A stretch of 64,000 nucleotides of DNA from NCBI GenBank assembly GCA_963823765.1, contig CAWGML010000002.1:1404709-1468708 (forward strand), read 5' to 3'. This stretch comes from Candidatus Dormiibacterota bacterium (GTDB taxonomy: Bacteria > Chloroflexota > Dormibacteria > Aeolococcales > Aeolococcaceae). The position numbers and the translations under genes are program-made. Each line of letters starts with the position of its first letter. Position 1 is the stretch's first letter. Below, piece after piece: positions 41,035 through 52,565 of this stretch. Below the pieces are notes generated by a model that saw nothing but the letters and a program-made list of their open reading frames with translations, did no database searches and had not been told where the DNA came from.

Positions 41035-41919
41035 TCACCCGGTGCGAGCGCCGAGCAACTCCCCGGCCAGGCGAACCACGTCCTCGATGGTGTCGGCGAT
41101 CGCCGCGCCCGCGCCGGTCAGAGCCTCGATCTTGCTCTGCGCCGTCCCGGTGTTGCCGCTGATGATCGCCCCCGCGTGGCCCATGCGCTTGCCCGGCGGA
41201 GCCGTGCGTCCGCTGATGAACGCCACCACCGGCTTGTCGAAGGCCGACGCGCGGATGTACTCCGCCGCCTTCTCCTCGTCACTTCCGCCGATCTCGCCGA
41301 TCAACACCACGGCCAGCGTCTGGGGGTCGGTGGCGAACAGTGCGAGCACGTCGGTGAAGGTCATGCCGAGGATCGGGTCACCGCCGATGCCCACGGAGGT
41401 GGTCTGTCCCATGCCCGCCTGGCCGAGGCCCTGGATCACCTCGTAGGTGAGGGTGCCGCTGCGTCCGACGATCCCGATCGGCCCGGGCGCGTTGATGTGG
41501 TTGGGGATGATGCCGACCTTGCACTGTCCCGGTGTCACCAGCCCCGGGCAGTTGGGGCCCAGCAAGCGCGTGCCCGTCCGCTCCACGAACGCGCGAGCTC
41601 GGACCATGTCGTGGATCGGGATTCCCTCGGTGATGCATACCGCCACGGGCACCGCCGCCGCCGCTGCCTCCATGATGGCGTCGGCGGCGAAGGGGGGAGG
41701 CACGAAGATGCCGCTGACGTTGGCACCGGTGGCGGCGACGGCGTCGGCAACAGTGTCGAAGATGGGCACGCCCTTGGCGTCCTGGCCGCCCTTGCCCGGC
41801 GACACGCCCGCGACGACGTTGGTGCCGAAGGCGCGCATCTGCTCGGTGTGGAACCCGCCTTCCCGGCCGGTGATGCCCTGGACCAGCACGCGGCTGGTGC
41901 TGTCGACGAGGATGCTCAT
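41035..41919 (-). CDS. sucD: Succinyl-CoA synthetase alpha subunit
   Basis: [20 protein letters not shown] and KRMGHAGA. Confidence 0.96.
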   Translation of the reverse strand: MSILVDSTSRVLVQGITGREGGFHTEQMRAFGTNVVAGVSPGKGGQDAKGVPIFDTVADAVAATGANVSGIFVPPPFAADAIMEAAAAAVPVAVCITEGIPIHDMVRARAFVERTGTRLLGPNCPGLVTPGQCKVGIIPNHINAPGPIGIVGRSGTLTYEVIQGLGQAGMGQTTSVGIGGDPILGMTFTDVLALFATDPQTLAVVLIGEIGGSDEEKAAEYIRASAFDKPVVAFISGRTAPPGKRMGHAGAIISGNTGTAQSKIEALTGAGAAIADTIEDVVRLAGELLGARTG

Positions 41920-43100
41920 GAGCCGCCGCCTGTGAGCGAGACGATCTTCTCCGCTGCCTCGGTGGCGCTGACAGCCGGGGTGATTCCCGCCTCCTCGAGG
42001 AGTGCGCGCCCCTCCTCCTCTCGCGTGCCGGTCATGCGCACCACCAACGGCTTGGTGATCTTCAGCTCGTCACGGGCTGCGATCACGCCGCGGGCGACCT
42101 CATCACCGCGGGTGATACCGCCGAAGATGTTGATGAAGACCCCGCGCACCTTGGGATCGAGCAGCACCATCTCCAGCGAGTTGCGCACCTTCTCTGCGCT
42201 GGCGCCTCCGCCGACATCGAGGAAGTCGGCGGGCTCTCCACCGTGCTGCTTGACGAGGTCGAGGGTGTTCATGACGAGCCCGGCGCCGTTGCCGATGACG
42301 CCGACATCGCCGTCGAGGTGGACGTAGGTGAGCCCGCGACGCTGCGCCTCCACCTCGAATGGGTCATCGCCGGTGCGCCCATCCTCGCCGGTGGCGTCCT
42401 TGGCGAGCTCGTCAGCGAGGTCGCGATGGCGGTAGTGGGCGTTCTCGTCGACCTCGAGCTTGCCGTCGGCGGCGATAAGGGCGCCCGCAGGGGTGAGCAC
42501 CAGGGGGTTGATCTCGCACGTCAGCGCGTCGAGCGCGGTGGCGACGCCATACAGCTTCTGGGTGAGGTCGACCAGCTGGGCGGCGAGCTTGGCGGCACCC
42601 TCCTGCAGCTGTCCCGCGTGGCGTAGCGCGGCGAACACCATCTGCCGGATCTCGTACGGCTGCGGGCCCGCGAACGGGTCGGGCCACAGCGTGGAGATCT
42701 TCTCGGGCAACTCCTCGGCGACGTGCTCGATCTCCATGCCGCCCGCGGCTGAGAAGATGACCGCGAGGCGACGCCGATCGCGGTCCAGGGTGAGGCCGAG
42801 GTAGAACTCCGCCCCGATCTCCAGCCCCGTCTCGCACCAGACGCTGCGCACCGGGTACCCACGGATGTCCATGCCCAGGATCCGCGCCGCCTCGCGCTCG
42901 GCCTGCTCGGGTGTGTCGACGACCGCGATGCCACCCGCCTTGCCGCGTCCGCCGATGGGCACCTGCGCCTTCACCGCGATGCGACCGAGCTCACGTGCCG
43001 CCGCAGCCGCCTCGCCCGGGGTGCGTGCCAGCCGTCCGTCGGGGATGGCGATTCCCGCTGCGGCGAATTGCTGCTTGGCCTGGTACTCGAGCAGCTTCAC
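41916..43100 (-). CDS. sucC: Succinyl-CoA synthetase beta subunit
   Basis: [30 protein letters not shown] and NIFGGI. Confidence 0.96.
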   Translation of the reverse strand: MKLLEYQAKQQFAAAGIAIPDGRLARTPGEAAAAARELGRIAVKAQVPIGGRGKAGGIAVVDTPEQAEREAARILGMDIRGYPVRSVWCETGLEIGAEFYLGLTLDRDRRRLAVIFSAAGGMEIEHVAEELPEKISTLWPDPFAGPQPYEIRQMVFAALRHAGQLQEGAAKLAAQLVDLTQKLYGVATALDALTCEINPLVLTPAGALIAADGKLEVDENAHYRHRDLADELAKDATGEDGRTGDDPFEVEAQRRGLTYVHLDGDVGVIGNGAGLVMNTLDLVKQHGGEPADFLDVGGGASAEKVRNSLEMVLLDPKVRGVFINIFGGITRGDEVARGVIAARDELKITKPLVVRMTGTREEEGRALLEEAGITPAVSATEAAEKIVSLTGGGS

Positions 43101-43182
43101 AGTGGGGGACCTCGTGCGGTGTGATGAGGCGGGTCAGTCTACCGTGTGCGCTCCGCAGCCCCGGCGCTGCCTGCCGCGCTGC

Positions 43183-44142
43183 TCAGGCAGGCGCCGCTCG
43201 ACCAGTGATGCGGTCAATCCGGTCGAGGTCAGCCGCCGTCGGCGTCCACCGTCCCGCGCGCGCGTTGGCCGCCACCTGCTCGGGCGTGGTGGCTCCCGCG
43301 ATGACCGACACGACCTGGGGTTGCGCCACCAGCGCGCCGATGGCGACATCGAGCAGGTGCACGCCTCGTTCGCGTGCGAACTCATCGAGCGCCTCGACCA
43401 CGTCGAAGTTGGTGTCGGTCATCAGGTCGCGGGCGCGACCGCTGTCCATGCCCAGGCGCGTCCCGGCGGGTGGTTGCTCTCCGCGACGGTACTTGCCTGT
43501 CAGAAGGCCGCTGGTCAGGGGGAAGTAGGGCAGGATGCCCATGTCCAGCCGTGCGGCGACCGGGGTGACTGATTCCTCGACGTCGCGGCGCTTCAGCAGG
43601 CTGTACTCGTTCTGCGCGGTGACGTAGGTGGCCCAACCGTGCTCGCCGGCGATCCGGTGAGCCTCCTCGATCTGCGCGCCGTCGTAGTTCGAGCAGCCGA
43701 TGGCCAGAACCTTGCCGGCGCGGACCAGCTCGTCCAACGCCCCCAACGTCTCCTCCTGCGGCGTGGCGCTGTCGAAGAAATGGTGTTGGTAGAGGTCGAT
43801 GTGGTCGGTGGCGAGCCGGCGCAGGCTGTCCTCCACAGCTTGCATGACCCAGCGCGCCGAGCCACCGCTGCGATCCGGCGAGCCCATGGAGCCGCCGAAC
43901 TTGGTGGCAATGACCGCCTGGTCGCGGCGGTTGCGCAGCGCGCGGCCGAGGATCTCCTCGCTGCGGCCGGCACTGTAGATGTCCGCGGTGTCGAAGAAGC
44001 CGACGCCCTCGTCGAGCGCCGCCAGGATCACGCGCTCGCTGCGAGCGGGGTCGGTGCGGCCACCGAAGTTGTTGCAGCCGATCCCCACGATGGGTACTCC
44101 AATGCCGGATCGTCCCAGCGCGCGCCGTGGCAAGTCAGCCAT
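43183..44142 (-). CDS. Aldo/keto reductase
   Basis: GCNNFG, FDTADIY, IATKFG and YFPLTSGLLTGKY; SD AGGAGAGG. Confidence 0.93.
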   Translation of the reverse strand: MADLPRRALGRSGIGVPIVGIGCNNFGGRTDPARSERVILAALDEGVGFFDTADIYSAGRSEEILGRALRNRRDQAVIATKFGGSMGSPDRSGGSARWVMQAVEDSLRRLATDHIDLYQHHFFDSATPQEETLGALDELVRAGKVLAIGCSNYDGAQIEEAHRIAGEHGWATYVTAQNEYSLLKRRDVEESVTPVAARLDMGILPYFPLTSGLLTGKYRRGEQPPAGTRLGMDSGRARDLMTDTNFDVVEALDEFARERGVHLLDVAIGALVAQPQVVSVIAGATTPEQVAANARAGRWTPTAADLDRIDRITGRAAPA

Positions 44143-44240
44143 CGACCTCTCCTCGTCTTCTTGAGCTCACGCCCAGAAGCATGGCGGCCCTCGCCACGGT
44201 CGTGATCGCATGGTCATCGACCCGCTGCTACCCTCGCGCC

Positions 44241-45425
44241 ATGCCCGACACAGCGGCCCCTGAGGAGCCCGCCGGCATCAGGGGGACCCCGGTCGTGGTC
44301 GAGCGCCCGGTCGTCGCCGTGCGCACCCTCGTGGTGGCCGCGCTGATCGTCATCGCCACGCTGGGCCTCGCCGTGCTGCTGAGCCGGGTCTTCGACCTGC
44401 TGCTCATCCTGCTCGTGGCCATCGTCTTCGCCGAGGGCATGCGCCCCATCGTCAACCGGCTCGCAGAGCGGCGTCTGCCGCGCCCGCTGGCGATCGCGGC
44501 CGTGTACCTGGGCTTCATCGCCGTGCTGGCTCTCTTGATCACGCTGCTGGTGCAGCCCATCGTCGACGAGGCCACGAGCCTCGCCCACAACCTTCCCAGC
44601 TACCAGAAGAGCATCGAGTCGACGGTCGCCTCATGGCAGCACGCGCTCAACCTCGGAGGCAGTGGCAGCCCCAACATCGGCAACACGCTGGCGGGCAGCC
44701 TTGACACAGCCAAGAACGTGCTCCTGACCATCGGCGGGTACATCGTCGGCGTCATCGTCAACCTGGTCCTGATCCTGGTCATCGGCTTCCTCTGGCTGGT
44801 CACGTCGGACCGGCTCAGGCGATTCGTGGTCGACCTGCTGCCCCCGCCTCACCAGGCGCTCGCCGGCGACGTCTTCGGCGAGATGGGGCAGCGGATGGGG
44901 GGGTTCTTGCGCGCCACTGCCATCAACATGGTTGTTGTCGGTGTTCTGACCGGGGTCGCCTGCACGGCGCTGGGGCTGCCGAGCCCTGTGCTGTTGGGGA
45001 TCTTCGCGGGACTGACCGCAGCGATCCCGCTGGTGGGCCCGTTCCTCGGCATCGTGCCACCCCTGCTCCTGGGGCTGACGCTGGGACCGGGGCGCGCGGT
45101 GCTGGTGGTCGTGGTGCTGCTCATCGTGCAGCTGCTCGACGCCAACCTGGTGGTCCCACAGGTGATGAACCGGGTGGTGTCGCTCCCCGCGCTCGCGGTG
45201 GTCGTCGCGTTGCTGATCGGCGGCGCGCTGGAAGGGCTGATCGGCGCGCTGCTCGCCGTGCCGGTGGCATCCGCTCTGCAGGTGGTGCTGCTCCGGGTGA
45301 TCGTGCCGTACATCCACACCACCCAGGGACGCCACGACGAGGCGTACGCCCGCGCGTACACGCCGCTGGCCACCAACCAGCGCGCCGGACCAACAGAGGG
45401 TGGACGCCGCCGCAATCCCCGGTAA
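44241..45425 (+). CDS. AI-2E (PerM/UPF0118) family transporter
   Basis: Polytopic membrane protein with IPLVGP, QLLDANLVVP and GALLAVP. Confidence 0.88.
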   Translation: MPDTAAPEEPAGIRGTPVVVERPVVAVRTLVVAALIVIATLGLAVLLSRVFDLLLILLVAIVFAEGMRPIVNRLAERRLPRPLAIAAVYLGFIAVLALLITLLVQPIVDEATSLAHNLPSYQKSIESTVASWQHALNLGGSGSPNIGNTLAGSLDTAKNVLLTIGGYIVGVIVNLVLILVIGFLWLVTSDRLRRFVVDLLPPPHQALAGDVFGEMGQRMGGFLRATAINMVVVGVLTGVACTALGLPSPVLLGIFAGLTAAIPLVGPFLGIVPPLLLGLTLGPGRAVLVVVVLLIVQLLDANLVVPQVMNRVVSLPALAVVVALLIGGALEGLIGALLAVPVASALQVVLLRVIVPYIHTTQGRHDEAYARAYTPLATNQRAGPTEGGRRRNPR

Positions 45426-45452
45426 GGCGGTGGGAACGAAGGTCCCCCTCGC

Positions 45453-47108
45453 CTAGAGCGGGATGTTGCCGTGCTTGCGGGGCGGCAGCGTGACCTGCTT
45501 GTCCATGGTCATCTGCAGCGCCTTGATGAGAGCGGCGCGTGTCTGCTTGGGCTCGATGACATCGTCGATGTAGCCGCGCTCGGCTGCGTAGTACGGGTTG
45601 GCGAACTGCTCTCGGTACTCGGTGATCAGCTCAGCGCTGCGCGCCGCCGGGTCGTCGGAGGCGCTGATCTCACGTTTGAAGATGACGTTGACCGCGCCCT
45701 GCGGTCCCATCACGGCGATCTCGGCCGTGGGCCACGCCACGTTGTAGTCGGCGCGGATGTGCTTGCTGCACATGACGTCGTACGCGCCGCCATACGCCTT
45801 GCGTGTGATCACGGTCAGCTTGGGCACCGTCGCCTCGCAATATGCGTAGAGCAGCTTGGCGCCGTGGCGGATGATGCCGCCGTACTCCTGGTCGGTTCCG
45901 GGAAGGAAACCGGGCACATCCACGAAGGTCACCAGGGGCACGTTGAATGCGTCGCAGAAGCGGACGAATCGCGCGGCCTTGATGGATGCCTCGATGTCGA
46001 GCGCGCCGGCCAGGACACGAGGCTGGTTGCCGACTACGCCCACCGAGTGGCCGTCGAGCCGGCCGAAGCCGCAGATTATGTTCTGCGCGTGGTATGGCAT
46101 GACCTCGAGGAACTCGCCGTCATCCACCACCCGCGTCACCACCGCGCGCATGTCATAGGGCTGGTTGGGGTTGTCGGGGACGATCGACTGCAGCTCGGGA
46201 TCGGCGCGAAGCGGGTCGTCGAGCGTCGGGCGGTACGGCGGCGGCTCGTGGTTGTTGGCCGGCAGGTAGCCCAGCAGCATGCGCATCTGCGCGAACGCCT
46301 CGTCCTCGGTGTCCGCGTTGAAGTGAGCCACACCGCTGCGCTGGTTGTGCACGTCGGAGCCCCCGAGGTCCTCGAACGTCACGCGCTCCCCGGTGGTGAC
46401 CTTGATGACGTCCGGGCCGGTGATGAACATGTAGCCGACCTTGCGCACCATGAAGATGAAGTCGGTCATCGCGGGTGAGTACACGGCGCCACCCGTGCAG
46501 GGGCCGACGATCAGCGAGAGCTGAGGGATGACCCCGCTGGCCTCGACGTTGCGGTAGAAGATCTCGGCGTAGCCCGCGAGCGAGACGACGCCCTCCTGGA
46601 TCCGCGCGCCTCCGGAGTCGTTGATGCCCACGCACGGCGAGCCGGTCCTCACCGCCAGGTCCATGATCTTGGTCACCTTCTCGGCGAACACCTCGCCAAG
46701 CGACCCGCCGAAGACCGAGGCGTCGTGGCTGAAGACGAAGACCTGGCGGCCGTCGACTGTGCCCCAACCGGTGACGACGCCGTCGCCACGCACGCGGCGC
46801 TCCTCCATCCCGAAGTTGCTGTTGCGGTGCACCGCAAAGACGTCCATCTCAGTGAAGGAACCGGCGTCCAGGAAGCGCTCCACCCGTTCGCGGGCGGTCA
46901 GCTTTCCTTTGGGATGCTGGGTGCGCTCGGCGGCGCCGCCGCGATGGACGGCGTCGTACCGCCGCTTGCGCAGGAGGTTGATCGAGCGCTCGGTCGCCGA
47001 GCCCGGGACGACCGCGCTGCCGTTGGAGGAAACAGCCGAGGCGTCAGGCGACTCCGCGGCGTCGCCCGCCCCCTCTGGTGGCACACCCTTGTGGATCGTC
47101 CTCGGCAT
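45453..47108 (-). CDS. pccB: Acyl-CoA (propionyl-CoA) carboxylase carboxyltransferase subunit
   Basis: GKLTARER, DSGGARIQEG, VDVPGFLPG, RKAYGGAY and terminal KHGNIPL. Confidence 0.88.
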   Translation of the reverse strand: MPRTIHKGVPPEGAGDAAESPDASAVSSNGSAVVPGSATERSINLLRKRRYDAVHRGGAAERTQHPKGKLTARERVERFLDAGSFTEMDVFAVHRNSNFGMEERRVRGDGVVTGWGTVDGRQVFVFSHDASVFGGSLGEVFAEKVTKIMDLAVRTGSPCVGINDSGGARIQEGVVSLAGYAEIFYRNVEASGVIPQLSLIVGPCTGGAVYSPAMTDFIFMVRKVGYMFITGPDVIKVTTGERVTFEDLGGSDVHNQRSGVAHFNADTEDEAFAQMRMLLGYLPANNHEPPPYRPTLDDPLRADPELQSIVPDNPNQPYDMRAVVTRVVDDGEFLEVMPYHAQNIICGFGRLDGHSVGVVGNQPRVLAGALDIEASIKAARFVRFCDAFNVPLVTFVDVPGFLPGTDQEYGGIIRHGAKLLYAYCEATVPKLTVITRKAYGGAYDVMCSKHIRADYNVAWPTAEIAVMGPQGAVNVIFKREISASDDPAARSAELITEYREQFANPYYAAERGYIDDVIEPKQTRAALIKALQMTMDKQVTLPPRKHGNIPL

Positions 47109-47155
47109 GCGCGCAGGATAGTCGTGGTGGCGGGAGGGCGGGGTACGATGCTGGC

Positions 47156-48721
47156 GTGGATGCCCTGCTGAACGCACGGCGCGAGATGCGGTGCATCTTC
47201 ACGCGCTCCGATCCCGAGATCCAACGGGCGCGCTGGATGACGGCGTTCTCACTGGGCCTGGCCAACGTGGCGGGCGCGGCGATCACCTTCGCCATCGGGG
47301 TGCTGGCGTTCCCGAGCGGGGTGGTGACCAGCCGCGGGCTCGCCATCCTCGGCTTCGCCACCGCCGGCTACCTGCTGCTCACCCTCGTCCTCGGCTCTGT
47401 GCTGGCGCTCCGCATCGCAGCCAGCGCAGAGGAGGTGCTCACCTCGCCGGAGCCGGTGCCCCCGGCCAAGCTGCAGGAGGTGGTGCGCAACCAGTGGCGC
47501 CACACGCGGTACTGCGCGGTCTTCTGGGTGGGGGCGGCGGCGATGGTGGGCTTTCTCCTCGCGGGTGTCCTCGGGGTCGCGCCTCTCCTGGTCTTCCGCG
47601 GCGTGCTGACCGTCCTGCTCGGCGGCCTGACCACCTGCGCCATCGCGTTCCTCCTCCTCGAGCGCGGCATGCGCCCGGTGGTGACCCGCCTGCGTGAGGT
47701 TCTCCCGGAGGTGACCGCGTGCGCTCCGAGCGTGCGCAGCCGCCTCCTGCTGGCCTGGGCACTCGGGTCGGGGATCCCGCTGGCGGGCATCGCGCTGACC
47801 CTGGTCGAGCAGCAGGGCACCGACCACACCCGTCTGTTCATCCTCCTCGGCCTGCTGACGGGCTCGGGGATCCTGGTGGGCGCCTACACGAGCATCCTCG
47901 CGGCCGGCTCGGTGGCCGACCCGTTGCGCGCGCTGCACCGCACCATGGAGCGAGTCGCGGACGGCGACCTGTCCGCGACAGTCCCCATCGCGGACAGCGG
48001 TGAGATCGGCGACCTGCAGCTGCGCTTCAACCACATGACGGCGGGGCTGCGCGAGCGCGAGCACCTGCGCGACCTCTTCGGGCGTCACGTCGGCGCCGAC
48101 GTGGCGCGCTACGCGATCGACAACACCAACCTGGGCGGTGAGACACGGGACGTGTCGGTGCTCTTCATCGACATGGTGGGTTCGACGTCGCTCGCCGAGA
48201 AGCTCGCCCCGGAGCGGGTGGTGGCGATGCTCAACGACCTCTTCACGGCGGTCGTCGCCGCGGTCGAGGCCCATGGAGGTTGGGCGAACAAGTTCGAGGG
48301 CGATGCGGCGCTGTGCATCTTCGGGGCGCCGGTGCCGCAGCCCGACCACGCGGAGCACGCGCTGCGCGCGGCTCGCCGGTTGAGCGCAGAGTTGCAGCAG
48401 CTGCGCCGCCGCCATCCCGACCTCGAGGCGGGCATCGCGGTGGCCAGCGGCACGGTCGTGGCGGGCAACATCGGCAGCGCGCAGCGCTACGAGTACACCG
48501 TGATCGGTGACCCCGTCAACGTCGCCGCACGGTTGTGTGCCCTGGCCAAGCGGACCCCCGGCCACGTGCTGGTTGACGCGGCGAGCGTGGCAGCGGCCGG
48601 CGCGGAGGAGAAGGCCAGGTGGGAGTCGCGGGGTGAGGTCGAGCTCCGCGGTCGGGAGCGCACTGCGACGGTCTACGCGCCGGTCGACACGTCGAGGGCG
48701 ACGGTCTCCTCCTCCCGCTGA
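47156..48721 (+). CDS. Class III adenylate cyclase with about 6 TM segments and a HAMP domain
   Basis: HAMP (PL..L..ME..DEI-like..FNHM); FIDMVGST, NKFEGDA and EYTVIGDPVNVAARL. Confidence 0.9.
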   Translation: MDALLNARREMRCIFTRSDPEIQRARWMTAFSLGLANVAGAAITFAIGVLAFPSGVVTSRGLAILGFATAGYLLLTLVLGSVLALRIAASAEEVLTSPEPVPPAKLQEVVRNQWRHTRYCAVFWVGAAAMVGFLLAGVLGVAPLLVFRGVLTVLLGGLTTCAIAFLLLERGMRPVVTRLREVLPEVTACAPSVRSRLLLAWALGSGIPLAGIALTLVEQQGTDHTRLFILLGLLTGSGILVGAYTSILAAGSVADPLRALHRTMERVADGDLSATVPIADSGEIGDLQLRFNHMTAGLREREHLRDLFGRHVGADVARYAIDNTNLGGETRDVSVLFIDMVGSTSLAEKLAPERVVAMLNDLFTAVVAAVEAHGGWANKFEGDAALCIFGAPVPQPDHAEHALRAARRLSAELQQLRRRHPDLEAGIAVASGTVVAGNIGSAQRYEYTVIGDPVNVAARLCALAKRTPGHVLVDAASVAAAGAEEKARWESRGEVELRGRERTATVYAPVDTSRATVSSSR

Positions 48722-48739
48722 TCCCCGCTGGGGCGGGGA

Positions 48740-50314
<1,575 letters not shown>

Positions 50315-50318
<4 letters not shown>

Positions 50319-50740
50319 TCGCCGGGCTCGACCGCGTCGGGATCGGCTTGGCAGAGCTCGGTGAGCACCCCGACGGCCGCTGAGGGGTGGAGGAACGCGA
50401 CCAGACGGCCGGCCGCTCCCCGCCGCGGGCAGCTGTCCAACGCGCGCAGGCCCAGGCCCGTGTACTCGTCGAGAGCCTCCTGGACGTCGTCGACGCCATA
50501 GGCGACGTGGTGGAGCCCGCCTCCACGACGCTCCAGGAAGCCCGCGATCTTGGAGCCCGGACCGGTGGAGCCGAGCAGCTCGACACGCGATTCGCCGACC
50601 TCGAACATCACCGCCTCGATGCCATCGGACTCGACCACCTGCCGGTGGCTCGGGGGACGGCCGAGGAGGCGCGCGTAGACCTCGACTGCGGCCTCGACGT
50701 CGGGGACCGCGATCCCCACGTGGTCGATCCTGGTCAGCAT
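50315..50740 (-). CDS. mce: Methylmalonyl-CoA epimerase
   Basis: [24 protein letters not shown] and GVLTELCQ. Confidence 0.9.
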
Positions 50741-50840
50741 GCGGCCGAGTATGGAACGGTGGTGCGGCACAGCGCTCACCGAGCCGTTGCAGGGAGGCGA
50801 CGAGCGGTGGCCGGTTCGATGCTACCTTCGGCGCGTCCCC

Positions 50841-52088
50841 ATGCCCCGGCCGCGCCCTCCTACCGCCGTCGTCGCCACCGCAGCCGTCATCCTCCTCGCG
50901 GCGTATGTGGCGCTGTGGGCCGGCGTCACCCCTGCCAACATCGGCACCTCGGACTTCACCGCCACGTACGTGGGCGCGACCCTGCTGCGCGAGGGCCACG
51001 GCGCCGCGATGTACGACCAGGCGCTGCAGGCACCACTCCACGCCGCCCTGATCGCTCCGCTGCGGCGGGGCAACCTCCCCTTCGTCAACCCGCCGACGGC
51101 TGCCGTCCTGGTGGCGCCGCTGACCCTTCTGCCGCTGACGGCCGCCTACCGGCTGTGGCAGGCGGCCCAGCTGCTGATGCTCGTCGCCGCGGTGGCTCTC
51201 GCCCTGCGAGCGGCGCCGTGGCCGGCACGGCTGCGCCGAAGCGGGGTGCGGGGCGCGGCCGCCTTGACGGCGCTGGCCGGGCCGGGGACCCTCAGCCTCG
51301 GCCTCCTCGCCCAGTGGGACGGGTTCAGCGCCCTGGGCCTGGCGGCGGCCTACGCGCTGTGGCGCAGAGACCGCGGGTTCGCAGGCGGAGCCGTGCTCGC
51401 GGCCAGCGCCGCGATCGCCAAGCCCCACCTCGAGATCGGCCTCGCGGCGCTCCTGCTCGGGTGGCGGGAGCGCCGGGTGCTCGCCGGCGCGGCCGTGGGG
51501 CTCGCGACGGTGCTGCTCGTGTCACTGGCGGCGGTCGGTCCGGGCGGGCTCGGCGGCTTCGTCGGGGCGGTGGTCGACGATTCACACCGCTGGCCGCTGG
51601 CCTCGCTGCTCGGCTTCACGGGCCTGACCGGCTCGTGGCTGGGGAACGGGGCAGCCGCCCAGCTGCTCGCCGCCGTCTGCAGCCTCGCGGCGGTGGGCGG
51701 CTGCGTCGTGCTCGGCCGCCGTCTCGCTCGCGACCGCACACTGCTCGAACCCTGCCTGGCGGCAGCCATCCTTCTCTCCCTGGTCGCCTCGCCGCACCTG
51801 CTGAGCCACGACCTCGTGCTGCTGGCGCCGGCCCTGGTGTGGCTGCTGGCCTGCGCGTCAGTCCACGACGGAGGCGCCTCGTGGCCCGGGCGCCATGGCC
51901 GCGTCGTGCTCGCGGGCTGGGTGCTTGTGTCCCTGGCGACCGCCGTCGACCTCGGGGCCGACGCGCCGGCCCCGCCGGGTCGCCTGGTGCCCTGGGCACT
52001 GGTGGCGCTGGCCGGCTTCTTGGCGTGGCAGCGTCAGCCGCGACCGGTGGTGGCCGCGGCCGGGGTCAGGCCTCGTCCGGCCAGTTGA
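50841..52088 (+). CDS. GT87 (DUF2029) family membrane glycosyltransferase
   Basis: DFTATY...GAAMY, FVNPP, AKPH and SPHLLSHD; polytopic. Confidence 0.8.
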   Translation: MPRPRPPTAVVATAAVILLAAYVALWAGVTPANIGTSDFTATYVGATLLREGHGAAMYDQALQAPLHAALIAPLRRGNLPFVNPPTAAVLVAPLTLLPLTAAYRLWQAAQLLMLVAAVALALRAAPWPARLRRSGVRGAAALTALAGPGTLSLGLLAQWDGFSALGLAAAYALWRRDRGFAGGAVLAASAAIAKPHLEIGLAALLLGWRERRVLAGAAVGLATVLLVSLAAVGPGGLGGFVGAVVDDSHRWPLASLLGFTGLTGSWLGNGAAAQLLAAVCSLAAVGGCVVLGRRLARDRTLLEPCLAAAILLSLVASPHLLSHDLVLLAPALVWLLACASVHDGGASWPGRHGRVVLAGWVLVSLATAVDLGADAPAPPGRLVPWALVALAGFLAWQRQPRPVVAAAGVRPRPAS

Positions 52089-52488
52089 CCGGGACCCGGG
52101 TGGTGCATTCCGTGAGCTCCTGGCTGGCCTTGGTGTAGCGCACCAGCGTCGGGAAGTCACCGCGGAGCTTGAGCTGGCCGAGCATGATCCCCTTGGTGGC
52201 GTCCATCTCGCCCTTCGCGACCTTCTTCCAGCGTGAGTACGCGCCGGTGATCACGTACTGGGCAGCGTCCGCCTCCTCCTTGGAACAGATGCGGACCTCG
52301 CGAGCCTCACCGTGCCAGAGGTCGAGGAAGATGCCCATGTCCTCGGGCACGTTCTTGTCGGGCTCGGCCAGGACGACGAGCCCGACCGTGCCCTCCCAGT
52401 TGGCCGCGGCCTGCTTGTACACGGGGGACTTGTTGATCTCTGCCTTGAAGGCCTCCGCCCACTCCGGGCTGTACGCTTCGTATGCCAC
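52066..52488 (-). CDS. SCP2 lipid/sterol carrier domain protein
   Basis: SPEWAEAF, DLWHG and IMLGQLKLRGD; SD GGAGG. Confidence 0.85.
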   Translation of the reverse strand: MAYEAYSPEWAEAFKAEINKSPVYKQAAANWEGTVGLVVLAEPDKNVPEDMGIFLDLWHGEAREVRICSKEEADAAQYVITGAYSRWKKVAKGEMDATKGIMLGQLKLRGDFPTLVRYTKASQELTECTTRVPVNWPDEA

Positions 52489-52565
52489 GTCTCTCCTCCA
52501 GGATCGTTGAGCGGTCGCTGATTATGGGGTAGCGGCTGGCTGGGACCGCTGACGGCGGGGCACGC

